Below are positions 1-8,680 of a stretch of DNA of 25,738 nt, in pieces. Source of the DNA: a virus (lineage: Duplodnaviria; Caudoviricetes); the IMG/VR virus record IMGVR_UViG_3300037851_000480, positions 1-25,738 of that record. The stretch is one strand, 5' to 3'. Position 1 is the stretch's first letter. Every line of letters begins with the position of its first letter. The notes beneath the pieces were generated by a model. It was not told where the DNA came from, made no database searches, and saw nothing but the letters and a program-made list of their open reading frames with translations. Position numbers and translations under genes: made by a program.

Positions 1-249
1 GAGCAGGCATTCAGGAGAGCCGGCTGGACGATATGCGATGTTCATGCATGCGGAGAGAATGCGCCCGATCTTTTTGTGTCCAAGCGCGGATGCACGATAG
101 CGATAGAGTGCAAAACCGGAAAGCGTTTGCGGGAAGATCATCAGATTCACTGGGCTGATATGTGGCAGGGGAGCTATCTGTGGGGTAGTGATCCACTGGT
201 GCTGGTTGAGAGGGCGGAGGGAATACTGGATGGAAAGCAGCCATTGTGA
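1..249 (+). CDS. VRR-NUC / PD-(D/E)xK endonuclease, 5' truncated by window edge
   Basis: Not in ORF track. Frame 1 reads EQAFRRAGWTICDVHACGENAPDLFVSKRGCTIAIECKTGKRLREDHQIHWADMWQG...QPL*. The PD...ExK...Q..W pattern is typical of phage VRR-NUC proteins. Confidence 0.8.
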   Translation, partial: EQAFRRAGWTICDVHACGENAPDLFVSKRGCTIAIECKTGKRLREDHQIHWADMWQGSYLWGSDPLVLVERAEGILDGKQPL

Positions 250-430
250 TTTCAAGCGCTGGGAAGCGATTTGCATGATGTACATCCCTATCCAGTCAGT
301 CTGGTGGGCATGGGACAGGGATATTAGGTGGGTAGTAACCACAGGAGAGACACCAGAAGAGGCTCTCTGTGTACTGCGTGAGAGGTTGGCTTCGCTGGGT
401 GATGATGCACCGGAATGGGTGAAGGCGTAG
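230..430 (+). CDS. Small HicB-like (RNase H-type fold) protein
   Basis: GGAGG at 216-220 before ATG 230. VTTGETPEEALCVLRERL resembles the HicB motif TQGET.EEA...REA. Confidence 0.5.
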   Translation: MESSHCDFKRWEAICMMYIPIQSVWWAWDRDIRWVVTTGETPEEALCVLRERLASLGDDAPEWVKA

Positions 431-472
431 TGGTAGTATCCGCCGGCCAGCCTGTGGGCGGAAAGTGGTGAC

Positions 473-512
473 TGGTATGATAATCGCTAATGGGGAGCGC
501 TGGCCCTCCCCA
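473..512 (+). promoter_or_regulatory. Putative extended -10 promoter plus leader hairpin
   Basis: TGgTATGAT in the 431-534 intergenic region. Stem TGGGGAG (491-497) / CTCCCCA (506-512). RBS AGGAG at 522-526. Confidence 0.4.
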
Positions 513-534
513 ATCACACACAGGAGATTAAAAA

Positions 535-735
535 ATGACATCTGGAATAATTACTGAGTGCTGGCGAGTAAAATGCATTAACTGCGGGCAAATCGTGACT
601 GAGGAAACGATTGACTTCCTGTATGCAGTGCTGGTGGCCGATGGATGGGAAGATCACGGCAACGGGTATGAATGCCCGATGTGCAGCTTTGCAAGTGACA
701 ACGACATTGACGATAGTGAGGTGAGTTATGCCTGA
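535..735 (+). CDS. Small Zn-ribbon protein
   Basis: CINC...GW...CPMC; good RBS; acidic tail. Confidence 0.7.
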   Translation: MTSGIITECWRVKCINCGQIVTEETIDFLYAVLVADGWEDHGNGYECPMCSFASDNDIDDSEVSYA

Positions 736-1030
736 GGTATCGCCAGAGTACAAAAAACGCATTGTGGAAAAACTTGGTTTTGCGCCTGTTGACTGCCTGC
801 ATGAAAAAAAATATCATAATGGTTGTTGTCGTTTTCTGTCTCTCTGTGTTGAGCGGCAGCAATCCGGCGATTGCGTCATGTGCGAACTGTCGGATGATGA
901 GGCGGATATAGACAGATACAGAATCATAGAGGGGCAAAAAGACATTTATGAGGAATACTGGGGGTACAAAGCCAGAGACGAGTACGATCCGTTTGAGGGA
1001 ATAATTCGGGAGCTTCCACAATGGGATTAG
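728..1030 (+). CDS. Cys-rich hypothetical protein
   Basis: GAGGTG RBS; 8-nt overlap with the upstream gene; C.H...CC...C...CVMC. Confidence 0.65.
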   Translation: MPEVSPEYKKRIVEKLGFAPVDCLHEKKYHNGCCRFLSLCVERQQSGDCVMCELSDDEADIDRYRIIEGQKDIYEEYWGYKARDEYDPFEGIIRELPQWD

Positions 1031-1032
1031 CT

Positions 1033-1875
1033 ATGGAACTTCCACAGGAGTTTTGCCGTCCGCAGATAGTACGCTCATGGCTTGAAGCTGGATGCCCATC
1101 ATTCAGCGATTGGGCGATTCAGGTTAGCCACGAACTGACACGCAAATTTCGCAGGCCTGTTCAGGTATCGAACAGAACACTTTTAGGCAGGACACAAAGG
1201 GAGCTAAAAAGCATGGGAAAGACGATCAGCCAGTATCGGTATGAGGTAAAAGAGATCAAAAAACCAGCACCACCAGCAGCTCCAAAACCACTTCGCATGG
1301 AGGCTGCTGTTTTCGATATCGAGACACTGGATTTTGAAACCTGCGGATATGAGGGCTCGCTGCTGGTAACGTGCATACTGGATATGCATGCTGACGAGCC
1401 TGAAATTTACGCGATCAGATTTGAAGATCATGGTGATGATCGTGCACTGCTAACTGAGGTTATTGATGCGCTTGGCCAGTACCAGTTTCTGATTGGTCAT
1501 AATATTGCCTCTTTTGATTTCAACTGGCTGATGTCCCGGCTGATGTATCATGGTATGGACACGCCCCATGCGTGGGAGTATTTCGACACCTATCAGGTTG
1601 CTAAAACACTCGCCATCAAAAGCGGACGTAAGAGTCTGGCATTTTTAGGAGATTTTTTCAGGATTGACAGTTCAGTAAACGAGAAAACGGCGATTTATCC
1701 TACTTCGTGGTCTATGGCCAGGAGCCCAAACGAAACAGAGTTTGGCACCATGATCGCTAACTGCGTCGATCACTGTGTCAAGGATGTTAAGCGCAATCGC
1801 GATCTGTTCTGGGCGATGTATCCGTATGCGATGAGGACTGGATCGCAGCCGTGGAAGATCACAAAATGGCGATGA
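1033..1875 (+). CDS. DEDD/DnaQ-like (RNase H-like) 3'-5' exonuclease with N-terminal extension
   Basis: ExoI VFDIET, ExoII LIGHNIASFDFNWL, YFDTY and ExoIII HCVKDV. Start 1033 preferred; 1021 is an alternative. Confidence 0.85.
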   Translation: MELPQEFCRPQIVRSWLEAGCPSFSDWAIQVSHELTRKFRRPVQVSNRTLLGRTQRELKSMGKTISQYRYEVKEIKKPAPPAAPKPLRMEAAVFDIETLDFETCGYEGSLLVTCILDMHADEPEIYAIRFEDHGDDRALLTEVIDALGQYQFLIGHNIASFDFNWLMSRLMYHGMDTPHAWEYFDTYQVAKTLAIKSGRKSLAFLGDFFRIDSSVNEKTAIYPTSWSMARSPNETEFGTMIANCVDHCVKDVKRNRDLFWAMYPYAMRTGSQPWKITKWR

Positions 1876-2027
1876 TCTGGCTATCGCCAAACAATGAATT
1901 CCCCGGTCCCCGTGGTGGGTGGGAAAGCTGTGTTTTACCAGCAAACATCGAGCATTACGTCAATTACCTCCTGTGTTTTTTAGCTGTGTGGTGGGCCACT
2001 CCTGACGACGGAGGGTACGAGCAGTGA
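1872..2027 (+). CDS. 51-aa hypothetical protein (below ORF-track cutoff)
   Basis: MIWLSPNNEFPGPRGGWESCVLPANIEHYVNYLLCFLAVWWATPDDGGYEQ*. ATGA overlap with the exonuclease stop and GTGA overlap with the next start, so coupled on both sides. Confidence 0.6.
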   Translation: MIWLSPNNEFPGPRGGWESCVLPANIEHYVNYLLCFLAVWWATPDDGGYEQ

Positions 2028-2332
2028 ATCTATCTAATTTCCGATATGGTGATATAGTGCGCTTTGACAATGGCCGACCTGGCGGTGGATGGTGCACTGT
2101 CTGGTATGTCGCCTGCTCAGGGAAAATTGTCATTGTTGTTGATGGGCTGGGTGGAATTAAGTACCCCTTGTTTGTCGATCAGAGGAACCTTCATTTTGAG
2201 GCGCGCGGTAATGGCGCGGGAATGCCGTCATGGGCGCGCGATGAGGCAACAATACGTAAGAGCAAAAAAACCGGCACAATCCCCCGTGATTTTCAGAACA
2301 GATTGTTACATCATAAACCCGCACGAGTATAG
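2024..2332 (+). CDS. Hypothetical protein (possible SH3-like N-terminus)
   Basis: GGAGGG RBS, GTG start; begins FRYGDIVRF. Confidence 0.6.
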   Translation: MNLSNFRYGDIVRFDNGRPGGGWCTVWYVACSGKIVIVVDGLGGIKYPLFVDQRNLHFEARGNGAGMPSWARDEATIRKSKKTGTIPRDFQNRLLHHKPARV

Positions 2333-2350
2333 AATCGGTAGTATGCTATA

Positions 2351-2596
2351 ATGAATACAAATATCAGTGCTATTGCGTATGTTGTGTACAGCACACTGTG
2401 CGAGATTGGAAAACCATCTGGCAGTGAGAAGCTGGATATTGAGCTGCTGTACAATGGGTACGATCTGAGCAGGCGAACAATTCAACGCAGGCTTTCGGAG
2501 CTTGAGAATGCCGGACTTGTATACAGGCCATCACAGCGCTCTGGGGCCGGGACACTGTGGGCGATAACTGAGAGAAAAACAGAGTATGAGCGATAG
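2351..2596 (+). CDS. Winged helix-turn-helix protein (HrcA/NrpR-type N-terminal domain)
   Basis: KPSGSEKL....GYDLSRRTIQRRLSELENAGLVYR matches the wHTH pattern. Confidence 0.75.
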   Translation: MNTNISAIAYVVYSTLCEIGKPSGSEKLDIELLYNGYDLSRRTIQRRLSELENAGLVYRPSQRSGAGTLWAITERKTEYER

Positions 2597-2780
2597 CAAA
2601 TCAGCATATACGATTGAGTTTCAATGTACAGTAGAGAAGGTTACAACACTGGCAGATGGCGGCTTACGTGTCAGCTTCGATTTACCAGAGGATGCCATAG
2701 CCGAGGCAGCGTTGCTGATGGAATGTAAACGAAACGCGATTGTGCTATTTTGCTCTCTGGCTACTGAAAAACAGGGGTAG
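2586..2780 (+). CDS. Hypothetical phage protein
   Basis: F..TVEKVTTLADGGLRVSFDLPE beta-rich core; overlaps the upstream gene and abuts TerS. Confidence 0.7.
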   Translation: MSDSKSAYTIEFQCTVEKVTTLADGGLRVSFDLPEDAIAEAALLMECKRNAIVLFCSLATEKQG

Positions 2781-2783
2781 AAC

Positions 2784-3155
2784 ATGGCATGGCAGAAGGG
2801 ACAGAGCGGAAATCCAAAAGGTCGGCCACGCAAGCAGCGTGCTCTGACTGAGATATTGACGCGCGAATCGAATAAAACCGAAAACGGGATTTCGCACAAA
2901 AAGAAGCTGGCATATATGATGTGGCAGCTGGCGCGCTATGGATATGTGGAGTTTGATGACGGCGAACACCAGAGAGTGCTGCGCGTTCAGGACGTGCAGG
3001 AATGGTCAAACGCAGTGAAGTGGATTTACCAGCATATCGATGGAAGCACCCCCGCGCTTGGAATCCCCGGCGAGGAATCCGTTAGAAAAATCATAGTCGA
3101 GTATGTGGATACACTCCACGATGATGCAGATACAGATGAGCGACGTAACGATTAG
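2784..3155 (+). CDS. Putative terminase small subunit (DUF5681-type)
   Basis: N-terminal WQKGQSGNPKGRP motif; directly upstream of TerL. Confidence 0.75.
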   Translation: MAWQKGQSGNPKGRPRKQRALTEILTRESNKTENGISHKKKLAYMMWQLARYGYVEFDDGEHQRVLRVQDVQEWSNAVKWIYQHIDGSTPALGIPGEESVRKIIVEYVDTLHDDADTDERRND

Positions 3156-4377
3156 CATCCCACGTCCTCACGTACATCAGCAAGAGGTTCTATCGTCACC
3201 TTCACGCTTCAAGATAGTGGCGTGTGGCAGGCGATGGGGGAAAACGACGCTCGGAACTATCATTGCTGCCCAGAGCGTAATTGAAGGCAGGGACGGGTGG
3301 TGGATAACTCCAACATACGCAGCGAGCATGGAGGTTTGGCGCATACTCAAATCAGTTTTATCCCCGATCATCAAGGGCAAAAACGAAACAGAGCGGCGCA
3401 TAGAGGCGATAACGGGTGGCAGCATCACAATCAAGTCAGCAGACAGTGAGGCGGGACTTCGAGGGGCTGGTCTTAATTTTCTTGTTCTGGACGAGGCGGC
3501 AATGATTGACGAGCAGATATGGCAAGCGGCGTTACGTCCAACTCTATCAGATAAGCGTGGCTCTGCTCTGTTGTTATCAACACCGCGTGGCCGCAACTGG
3601 TTTTACCGGATGTACTTGCGTGGTGCATCTGGAGAACTGGACTATCAAAGCTGGAGATTTCCAACGTCTACCAGCCCAACGGTGACACATGAGGAAATTG
3701 AGGCGGCACGAAACGAATTACCAGAAAACATTTTTCATCAGGAGTATCTGGCAGAGTTTACAGAGGATGGCGGCACGGTATTCAGAAATGTTCGTGACAG
3801 GATCAATCTGAGCGCTGAACATTCTCCAATACTCGATTCGGTCTATGTGATGGGAGTTGACTGGGCACAGATAAATGACTGGACAGTTCTGACTGTCATG
3901 AATGCGATTAACAATCAGGTAGTGGATATACAGCGATTCAATCAGGTGTCATGGCATGTACAACGAAACAGAATCTCTGCACTGGCGGATAAGTGGGGAG
4001 TTTGCTCAATACTGGCAGAACTGAACAGCATAGGAAGCCCCAATGTCGAGCAGCTGCAAAACGAGGGTCTGCCAGTTGTTGGATTTGAAACAACCTCGGA
4101 CAGCAAAAACAAATTGATACAATCACTGGTGTTAGCGTTCGAGCGCGGGACAATCGGGATACTGGATGACGATATTCTGCTGAACGAGCTTGACAGTTTC
4201 GAGGCAACCCGGCTTCCATCCGGGAAGTGGAGATACAGCGCACCATCCGGGACGCATGATGACATGGTGATGTCGCTCGCTCTGGCGCACTGGTGCGCAG
4301 TGTCAGGGATAGGGGGTACTGGAAATGGGGAGATCAGATACAGCCAACCATACACATTCAGCAATTCGCCTTATTAG
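3136..4377 (+). CDS. terL: Terminase large subunit
   Basis: Walker A GRRWGKT, Walker B FLVLDEAA, motif C LLSTP, nuclease motifs GVDWAQ..D and HDDMVMSL. Start 3136 preferred. Confidence 0.95.
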   Translation: MSDVTISIPRPHVHQQEVLSSPSRFKIVACGRRWGKTTLGTIIAAQSVIEGRDGWWITPTYAASMEVWRILKSVLSPIIKGKNETERRIEAITGGSITIKSADSEAGLRGAGLNFLVLDEAAMIDEQIWQAALRPTLSDKRGSALLLSTPRGRNWFYRMYLRGASGELDYQSWRFPTSTSPTVTHEEIEAARNELPENIFHQEYLAEFTEDGGTVFRNVRDRINLSAEHSPILDSVYVMGVDWAQINDWTVLTVMNAINNQVVDIQRFNQVSWHVQRNRISALADKWGVCSILAELNSIGSPNVEQLQNEGLPVVGFETTSDSKNKLIQSLVLAFERGTIGILDDDILLNELDSFEATRLPSGKWRYSAPSGTHDDMVMSLALAHWCAVSGIGGTGNGEIRYSQPYTFSNSPY

Positions 4378-4528
4378 CGATTTGCTTGGGATAGCGATAA
4401 CGCATGACGAATGGGAAAGCATGGGCGAGTTTAAGGGGGCAGTTTTATACCCTGACGACAACGATAAAAGCTGGTTACAAAAACAAAAAGAACAGGACAT
4501 GGAGATATGGCGCAGAGGAAAACGATAA
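4325..4528 (+). CDS. Possible small hypothetical protein between TerL and portal
   Basis: Fills a 130-nt gap; start uncertain (4325 or 4421). Confidence 0.35.
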   Translation: MGRSDTANHTHSAIRLISDLLGIAITHDEWESMGEFKGAVLYPDDNDKSWLQKQKEQDMEIWRRGKR

Positions 4529-6102
4529 TCAGGAAAATTTTTGATTGGCTGTGGGGTACTGATGAGCCGACAAAAATCGACGGCGGGATTTACGACGGTG
4601 GAACGATAGACCCACAGCGTAACACCATCATGGATGGGGTGATGTATACGACACCTCCAGTTATGCCCAGCGTGATCAGGAGCGCATCTCCTGCCGTTCA
4701 GCGCGCATTCATGGAGGCGAGCGACCCGTTTCGTGCACAGATGGGAACGCCATATTCCACAGGCAGTAACTTTTTGGAGATTGGCTATTCCGATCCACTT
4801 TGCGAGTGGGATTACAGCACACGCAGGTACATACTGGAGCAGTGCCACCTTGCGTGGGAAAGAAACCCACTTGCGAAGTCGGCGATACAAACAATCAGAA
4901 TGTTCACCGTGCAGAACGGCTTTTCTATCAACTATCGCAATAATCAGGTGAAGGATATTCTGGAAGGTTTTATCGATGATGAGCAGAACAACGTCGCCGC
5001 CAATGACAAGGCATTTCTGGAGACACTGCTCATCGATGGTGAATTGTTCTTGCGAAAGGCACGCTCTGGTGGCCGTCTGGTGATTGCCCCAATTCCAGCG
5101 TGGGGGATACGCGAGATACAGTGCAACCCCAGCAATGTGCATGATATTTATCAATATCATTATTTACTGACAACGAACGACGGTGTGAATACAACTGTCA
5201 CTCACGATGAATGGATACCTGTGGAGGATATACTGCACGCAGCCATCAACCGCCTGCCATACGAACAGCGTGGGCGGCCAGACATTTTTAATGTTCTGCC
5301 GTGGCTGCGGGCGTACAAAAATTGGATCGAAGACCGGGCACGACAGAATGCTTTCCGGGGTGCGATCTACGATGTAACCGTGCAGACTAACAATGCCAGT
5401 CATCTCGCCGCCGTTCTGTCGCGATACAGAAAGCCCATGATGTCGGGAACTGTGAACGTACACTCAGACAAAGAACAATTCTCTGTTATGCCGCAGGACG
5501 TCCGCGCTGGTGACGCTGCTGAGGATGGACGCCAGATAAAACTCATGTCGGCGGTCGGAATGGGGCTGCCTGAATACTTTTTGTCTGACGGCAGTAACGC
5601 GAATCTGGCCAGTGCAACTGCGCAGCAGCTGCCAGCGCTGCGCAGGTTTGGAGAGTATCAGGACATCATGAAAGAGTGTGTTTGGATGCCCATCCTGCGC
5701 GAGCAAATTGCTGTTGCGATTGATGCCGGCATGTTACCTGAGTATGTTGAGGAGCAGCGAGCGGATGGTACGCCTGTTGCCGGCGCTGAGCCAATTGACG
5801 CAATGGATGCATTCGACATCATATACCCGGAGCTTGAGGGTACAGACCCGGCAGCGCTGCTCAACTCTCTGATGATGGCAGTGAACGCAGGACTGATCAG
5901 TGAGCAGACTGCGACAGGCCTGATGCCGTGGCCGGTTGACTACGCAGTTGAGCAGGAGCGCATTGAGGCTGAGCGTCAGGGCTCGCTGGGCAGCATGCAG
6001 AATTTTCCTGTACCGCCTGCCCAGCCCGAAGGCCCGGAGCAGCCAGATGATGAACAAACGGGAACGAGCGATGTTGACATAGACGATCAGGATGATGACT
6101 AA
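4507..6102 (+). CDS. Portal protein
   Basis: Position after TerL; 531 aa; LLIDGELF, RGRPD, GLPEYFLSDGSNANLASA portal-like motifs; GGAG RBS. Confidence 0.9.
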   Translation: MAQRKTIIRKIFDWLWGTDEPTKIDGGIYDGGTIDPQRNTIMDGVMYTTPPVMPSVIRSASPAVQRAFMEASDPFRAQMGTPYSTGSNFLEIGYSDPLCEWDYSTRRYILEQCHLAWERNPLAKSAIQTIRMFTVQNGFSINYRNNQVKDILEGFIDDEQNNVAANDKAFLETLLIDGELFLRKARSGGRLVIAPIPAWGIREIQCNPSNVHDIYQYHYLLTTNDGVNTTVTHDEWIPVEDILHAAINRLPYEQRGRPDIFNVLPWLRAYKNWIEDRARQNAFRGAIYDVTVQTNNASHLAAVLSRYRKPMMSGTVNVHSDKEQFSVMPQDVRAGDAAEDGRQIKLMSAVGMGLPEYFLSDGSNANLASATAQQLPALRRFGEYQDIMKECVWMPILREQIAVAIDAGMLPEYVEEQRADGTPVAGAEPIDAMDAFDIIYPELEGTDPAALLNSLMMAVNAGLISEQTATGLMPWPVDYAVEQERIEAERQGSLGSMQNFPVPPAQPEGPEQPDDEQTGTSDVDIDDQDDD

Positions 6103-7088
6103 TGCCCAGCGTAAAGGCCAACATGTGGGCTGGCGACCGATACGTTCAGGGGCATATATATGCGCTGGAGAACTGGGCGATCAAACAACTGTATGAGGAG
6201 TACAGACGCGCATACTACTCGATGTCTGCTACGCTCGCGCAGGCGAACGACCAGTATCGTTTCGGGAGCAACGAAAAGTGGAGTGCGTCAGACCCAACAT
6301 TTCGACAGCGTACAGAGTATCTGATGGGTCAAATCAGCATGGAGATGGGGCGGCTAACCAGCAACACGGCCGAGATTACTCTCGATGCTGCCATGCAGGC
6401 ATTCTACTCATCATACGCTGGGAAAAACTGGGTAGCATCTATGGCTGCTGGCGACAGGCTAAAGATGCCCATCCTTCCCAGAGAGCTTGTACAGGCGCAG
6501 ATTCTCGCCCCTTACGAGGGTGGAACTTTCATAGACAGATTTTACGCTAATCGCGGCGGGTTTGAGGATGGGCTACGGCGCAGTCTCGTACAAAGCCAGA
6601 TTTTAGGTGAGGGTATCGACAAGGCGTCAAAACGCATAGCTGAGGAACTGGGGATAAATCTGTCTGCTCGTGGTGCAGTTCCCGGACGGCGCGCGATGAG
6701 TAATGCTGCCAGAGTTGAGATGATCGCCAGGACAGAAATAATCAGAGCATCAAACAACGCAGCGCAGGTTGTGATGGAAAACAACAGGGATGTTCTTGAC
6801 GGGTGGTATCTGGGATTAGCGTATGATGATCGCACATGCGATATATGTGTACGTGCCAATGCGAACGACAGAGTGTACAAAATTGGTTCTGGACCACAGC
6901 CACCGCTGCACCCTAATTGCCGATGCACGCCTGTTCCTGTCGTGAGTGATAGCGACATCAGGGATAAAATTGTAGGTAGGCCACCAACGTTTAATGAGTG
7001 GGCATCCAGTAACGGGACTTTGGCGCAGTATGGGCGTTGGTTGACAACGTACACAAAACGCTCAGAATCGCCACCTAAGAAGCAGTGA
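6102..7088 (+). CDS. Head morphogenesis protein (SPP1 gp7 / Mu gpF family)
   Basis: IARTE, DDRTCDIC, PPLHPNCRC. Confidence 0.92.
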   Translation: MPSVKANMWAGDRYVQGHIYALENWAIKQLYEEYRRAYYSMSATLAQANDQYRFGSNEKWSASDPTFRQRTEYLMGQISMEMGRLTSNTAEITLDAAMQAFYSSYAGKNWVASMAAGDRLKMPILPRELVQAQILAPYEGGTFIDRFYANRGGFEDGLRRSLVQSQILGEGIDKASKRIAEELGINLSARGAVPGRRAMSNAARVEMIARTEIIRASNNAAQVVMENNRDVLDGWYLGLAYDDRTCDICVRANANDRVYKIGSGPQPPLHPNCRCTPVPVVSDSDIRDKIVGRPPTFNEWASSNGTLAQYGRWLTTYTKRSESPPKKQ

Positions 7089-7095
7089 GGATAAA

Positions 7096-7293
7096 ATGAC
7101 GGAACTTTATTACCTTCGGCTACAGTGTGATTTTTGTCTGAACGTTAGTCCTGAGATATACGAATATGCAGAATCACCCCACGGGTGGGTTACGCATGAG
7201 TATATAGACGATCAGGGAAAAGACATACTGGATTTTTGTTGTGACGATCATAAAAAGAAATGGATTGCCGAAAATGTTAATTCATCAGCTTAG
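7096..7293 (+). CDS. Small Zn-binding protein (treble-clef/TRASH-like)
   Basis: LRLQCDFC...PHGW...FCCDDH; GAGG RBS. Confidence 0.7.
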   Translation: MTELYYLRLQCDFCLNVSPEIYEYAESPHGWVTHEYIDDQGKDILDFCCDDHKKKWIAENVNSSA

Positions 7294-7504
7294 ATTAAAA
7301 TGTGAAGTTTGCGAGGCGATTAGCGATCCCCTGACTGATTCGTCGTGGAAGTACACGTCGCTGGTGATCGCTCCTAATGCGAAATATCCCGATGGGTGGA
7401 TCGCAAAGACAGTCATGTTTCCTCCTCAGGTTGTGCATTTTTGCAGCGAAAAACATCTGGGGCAGTGGGCGAGAAAGAACAAAGATGTTGTATTTACCGC
7501 ATGA
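7274..7504 (+). CDS. Small Zn-binding protein, paralogue of upstream gene
   Basis: LRLKCEVC...PDGW...FCSEKH. Confidence 0.7.
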   Translation: MLIHQLRLKCEVCEAISDPLTDSSWKYTSLVIAPNAKYPDGWIAKTVMFPPQVVHFCSEKHLGQWARKNKDVVFTA

Positions 7505-7820
7505 AGTTGCATGGATTTTGCTGGTTTGCGTTCCTATTGCGTATGGCCTGGGATGGCTGGCGGGAATGCGCAAGGGTGTTGAGATTGTTGTCCGACATTA
7601 TCTCTACGAGCGACGTGCTGTCGAAAAGCCACTTCCTGACGCAGTTAGTGAGATGATAGAGGAAGTACGAGCAGAGCAGCAGGAGAAAACGCAGAACGCC
7701 GACAGGATAGACCCTGCGTATTTCAAGTGGCTTCGCAAGTTCAAGATGAGGGACAGCGCCGAGGCGCGCTCGCTGTATAAAAACAAAGAGTACAGGAAGG
7801 GTCTTGGCGGCGATGGATAA
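7485..7820 (+). CDS. Membrane-anchored hypothetical protein
   Basis: N-terminal hydrophobic helix VAWILLVCVPIAYGLGWLAG followed by a charged helical region. Confidence 0.65.
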   Translation: MLYLPHEVAWILLVCVPIAYGLGWLAGMRKGVEIVVRHYLYERRAVEKPLPDAVSEMIEEVRAEQQEKTQNADRIDPAYFKWLRKFKMRDSAEARSLYKNKEYRKGLGGDG

Positions 7821-8016
7821 AAAAGTAAAAGATAACTTAGAGAAATATCCTCCCGGATCGTATCGAGCCGGCGTTCATGGGTGCACCTGTCCGGTGCTTG
7901 ATAACCACTATGGCGATGGGGCATACATAAATCAAGATGGCGATAAAATGTACTATATCAGTGCAGACTGTGAACTGCATATCTGCCCAGCCGTCGATGA
8001 CGCGGAACAGGAATAA
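7813..8016 (+). CDS. Small Cys/His phage protein
   Basis: PGS..A...GCTCPVLDN..G.G...Y.I...C.LH; likely a metal-binding domain. Confidence 0.7.
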   Translation: MDKKVKDNLEKYPPGSYRAGVHGCTCPVLDNHYGDGAYINQDGDKMYYISADCELHICPAVDDAEQE

Positions 8017-8050
8017 CCAGACCATTTTTTATTTGATAATGTGAGGTATC

Positions 8051-8680
8051 ATGAAAATTTTGTGCTACCACAGAGTAACAGAAGATGTTGATAAAAGCGA
8101 TCCGTACTCAATCTCCAGGTACGATCTGGAGATAAAGCTATCGCGATATTTGCACAGGGGGAAGACTATTGGAACCTGCGCAGACGTTGTGAATGGTCGG
8201 GTCGATATAGGTCTGTCTTTTGACGATGGAACAAACGACTTTTTTACGACAGCCGCTCCGCTACTTGAGCAGATGGGATTATCCGCTACCGTGTTTGTGG
8301 TTACCAGCAATGCCGGAAGTTTTGCAGCATGGATAGAAAGCAGCGGGCAATTTCTGATGGATTGGCGAGAGATATGCGATCTACACAGGCGCGGCTTCGA
8401 AATTGGTAGCCACAGCTGCTATCATCGTGTGTTGCCAGCACTGGAAACAGGCAACATCATAAGTGAAATTAACTCTAGCTTTAACAAAATTCTACGTGAA
8501 ACTGAGTGTGCCCCGCTTGGGTTTGCATATCCATACGGGATTTTTGATGACAATGTCATGGATTATGTGATGAGCAAATACAGCTATGCTGTTGCTGGCA
8601 GCGATGGAATCAAGCACTGCAGCTATGCGATCCAACGGGAGGTATATAAGCAGGATGAATCCACGCGATCTATGCGATAG
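8051..8680 (+). CDS. Polysaccharide deacetylase (CE4/NodB, IcaB/PgaB-like)
   Basis: ILCYHRV, LSFDDG, ATVFVVT, MDW.EI..L...GFEIGSHSCYH, FAYPYG; GAGGT RBS; no signal peptide. Confidence 0.92.
   Translation: MKILCYHRVTEDVDKSDPYSISRYDLEIKLSRYLHRGKTIGTCADVVNGRVDIGLSFDDGTNDFFTTAAPLLEQMGLSATVFVVTSNAGSFAAWIESSGQFLMDWREICDLHRRGFEIGSHSCYHRVLPALETGNIISEINSSFNKILRETECAPLGFAYPYGIFDDNVMDYVMSKYSYAVAGSDGIKHCSYAIQREVYKQDESTRSMR

Noticed and set aside
439-462. TCCGCC/GGCGGA inverted repeat as a terminator or ncRNA
   Set aside because: Short stem, long loop and no U-tract.
230-7504. Four gene overlaps of exactly 20 nt (230/249, 3136/3155, 7274/7293, 7485/7504)
   Set aside because: Depends on my start choices, and overlap lengths are constrained by frame, so probably coincidence.
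7485-7820. Holin or spanin call
   Set aside because: Single TM helix only, with no adjacent endolysin or lipoprotein gene.
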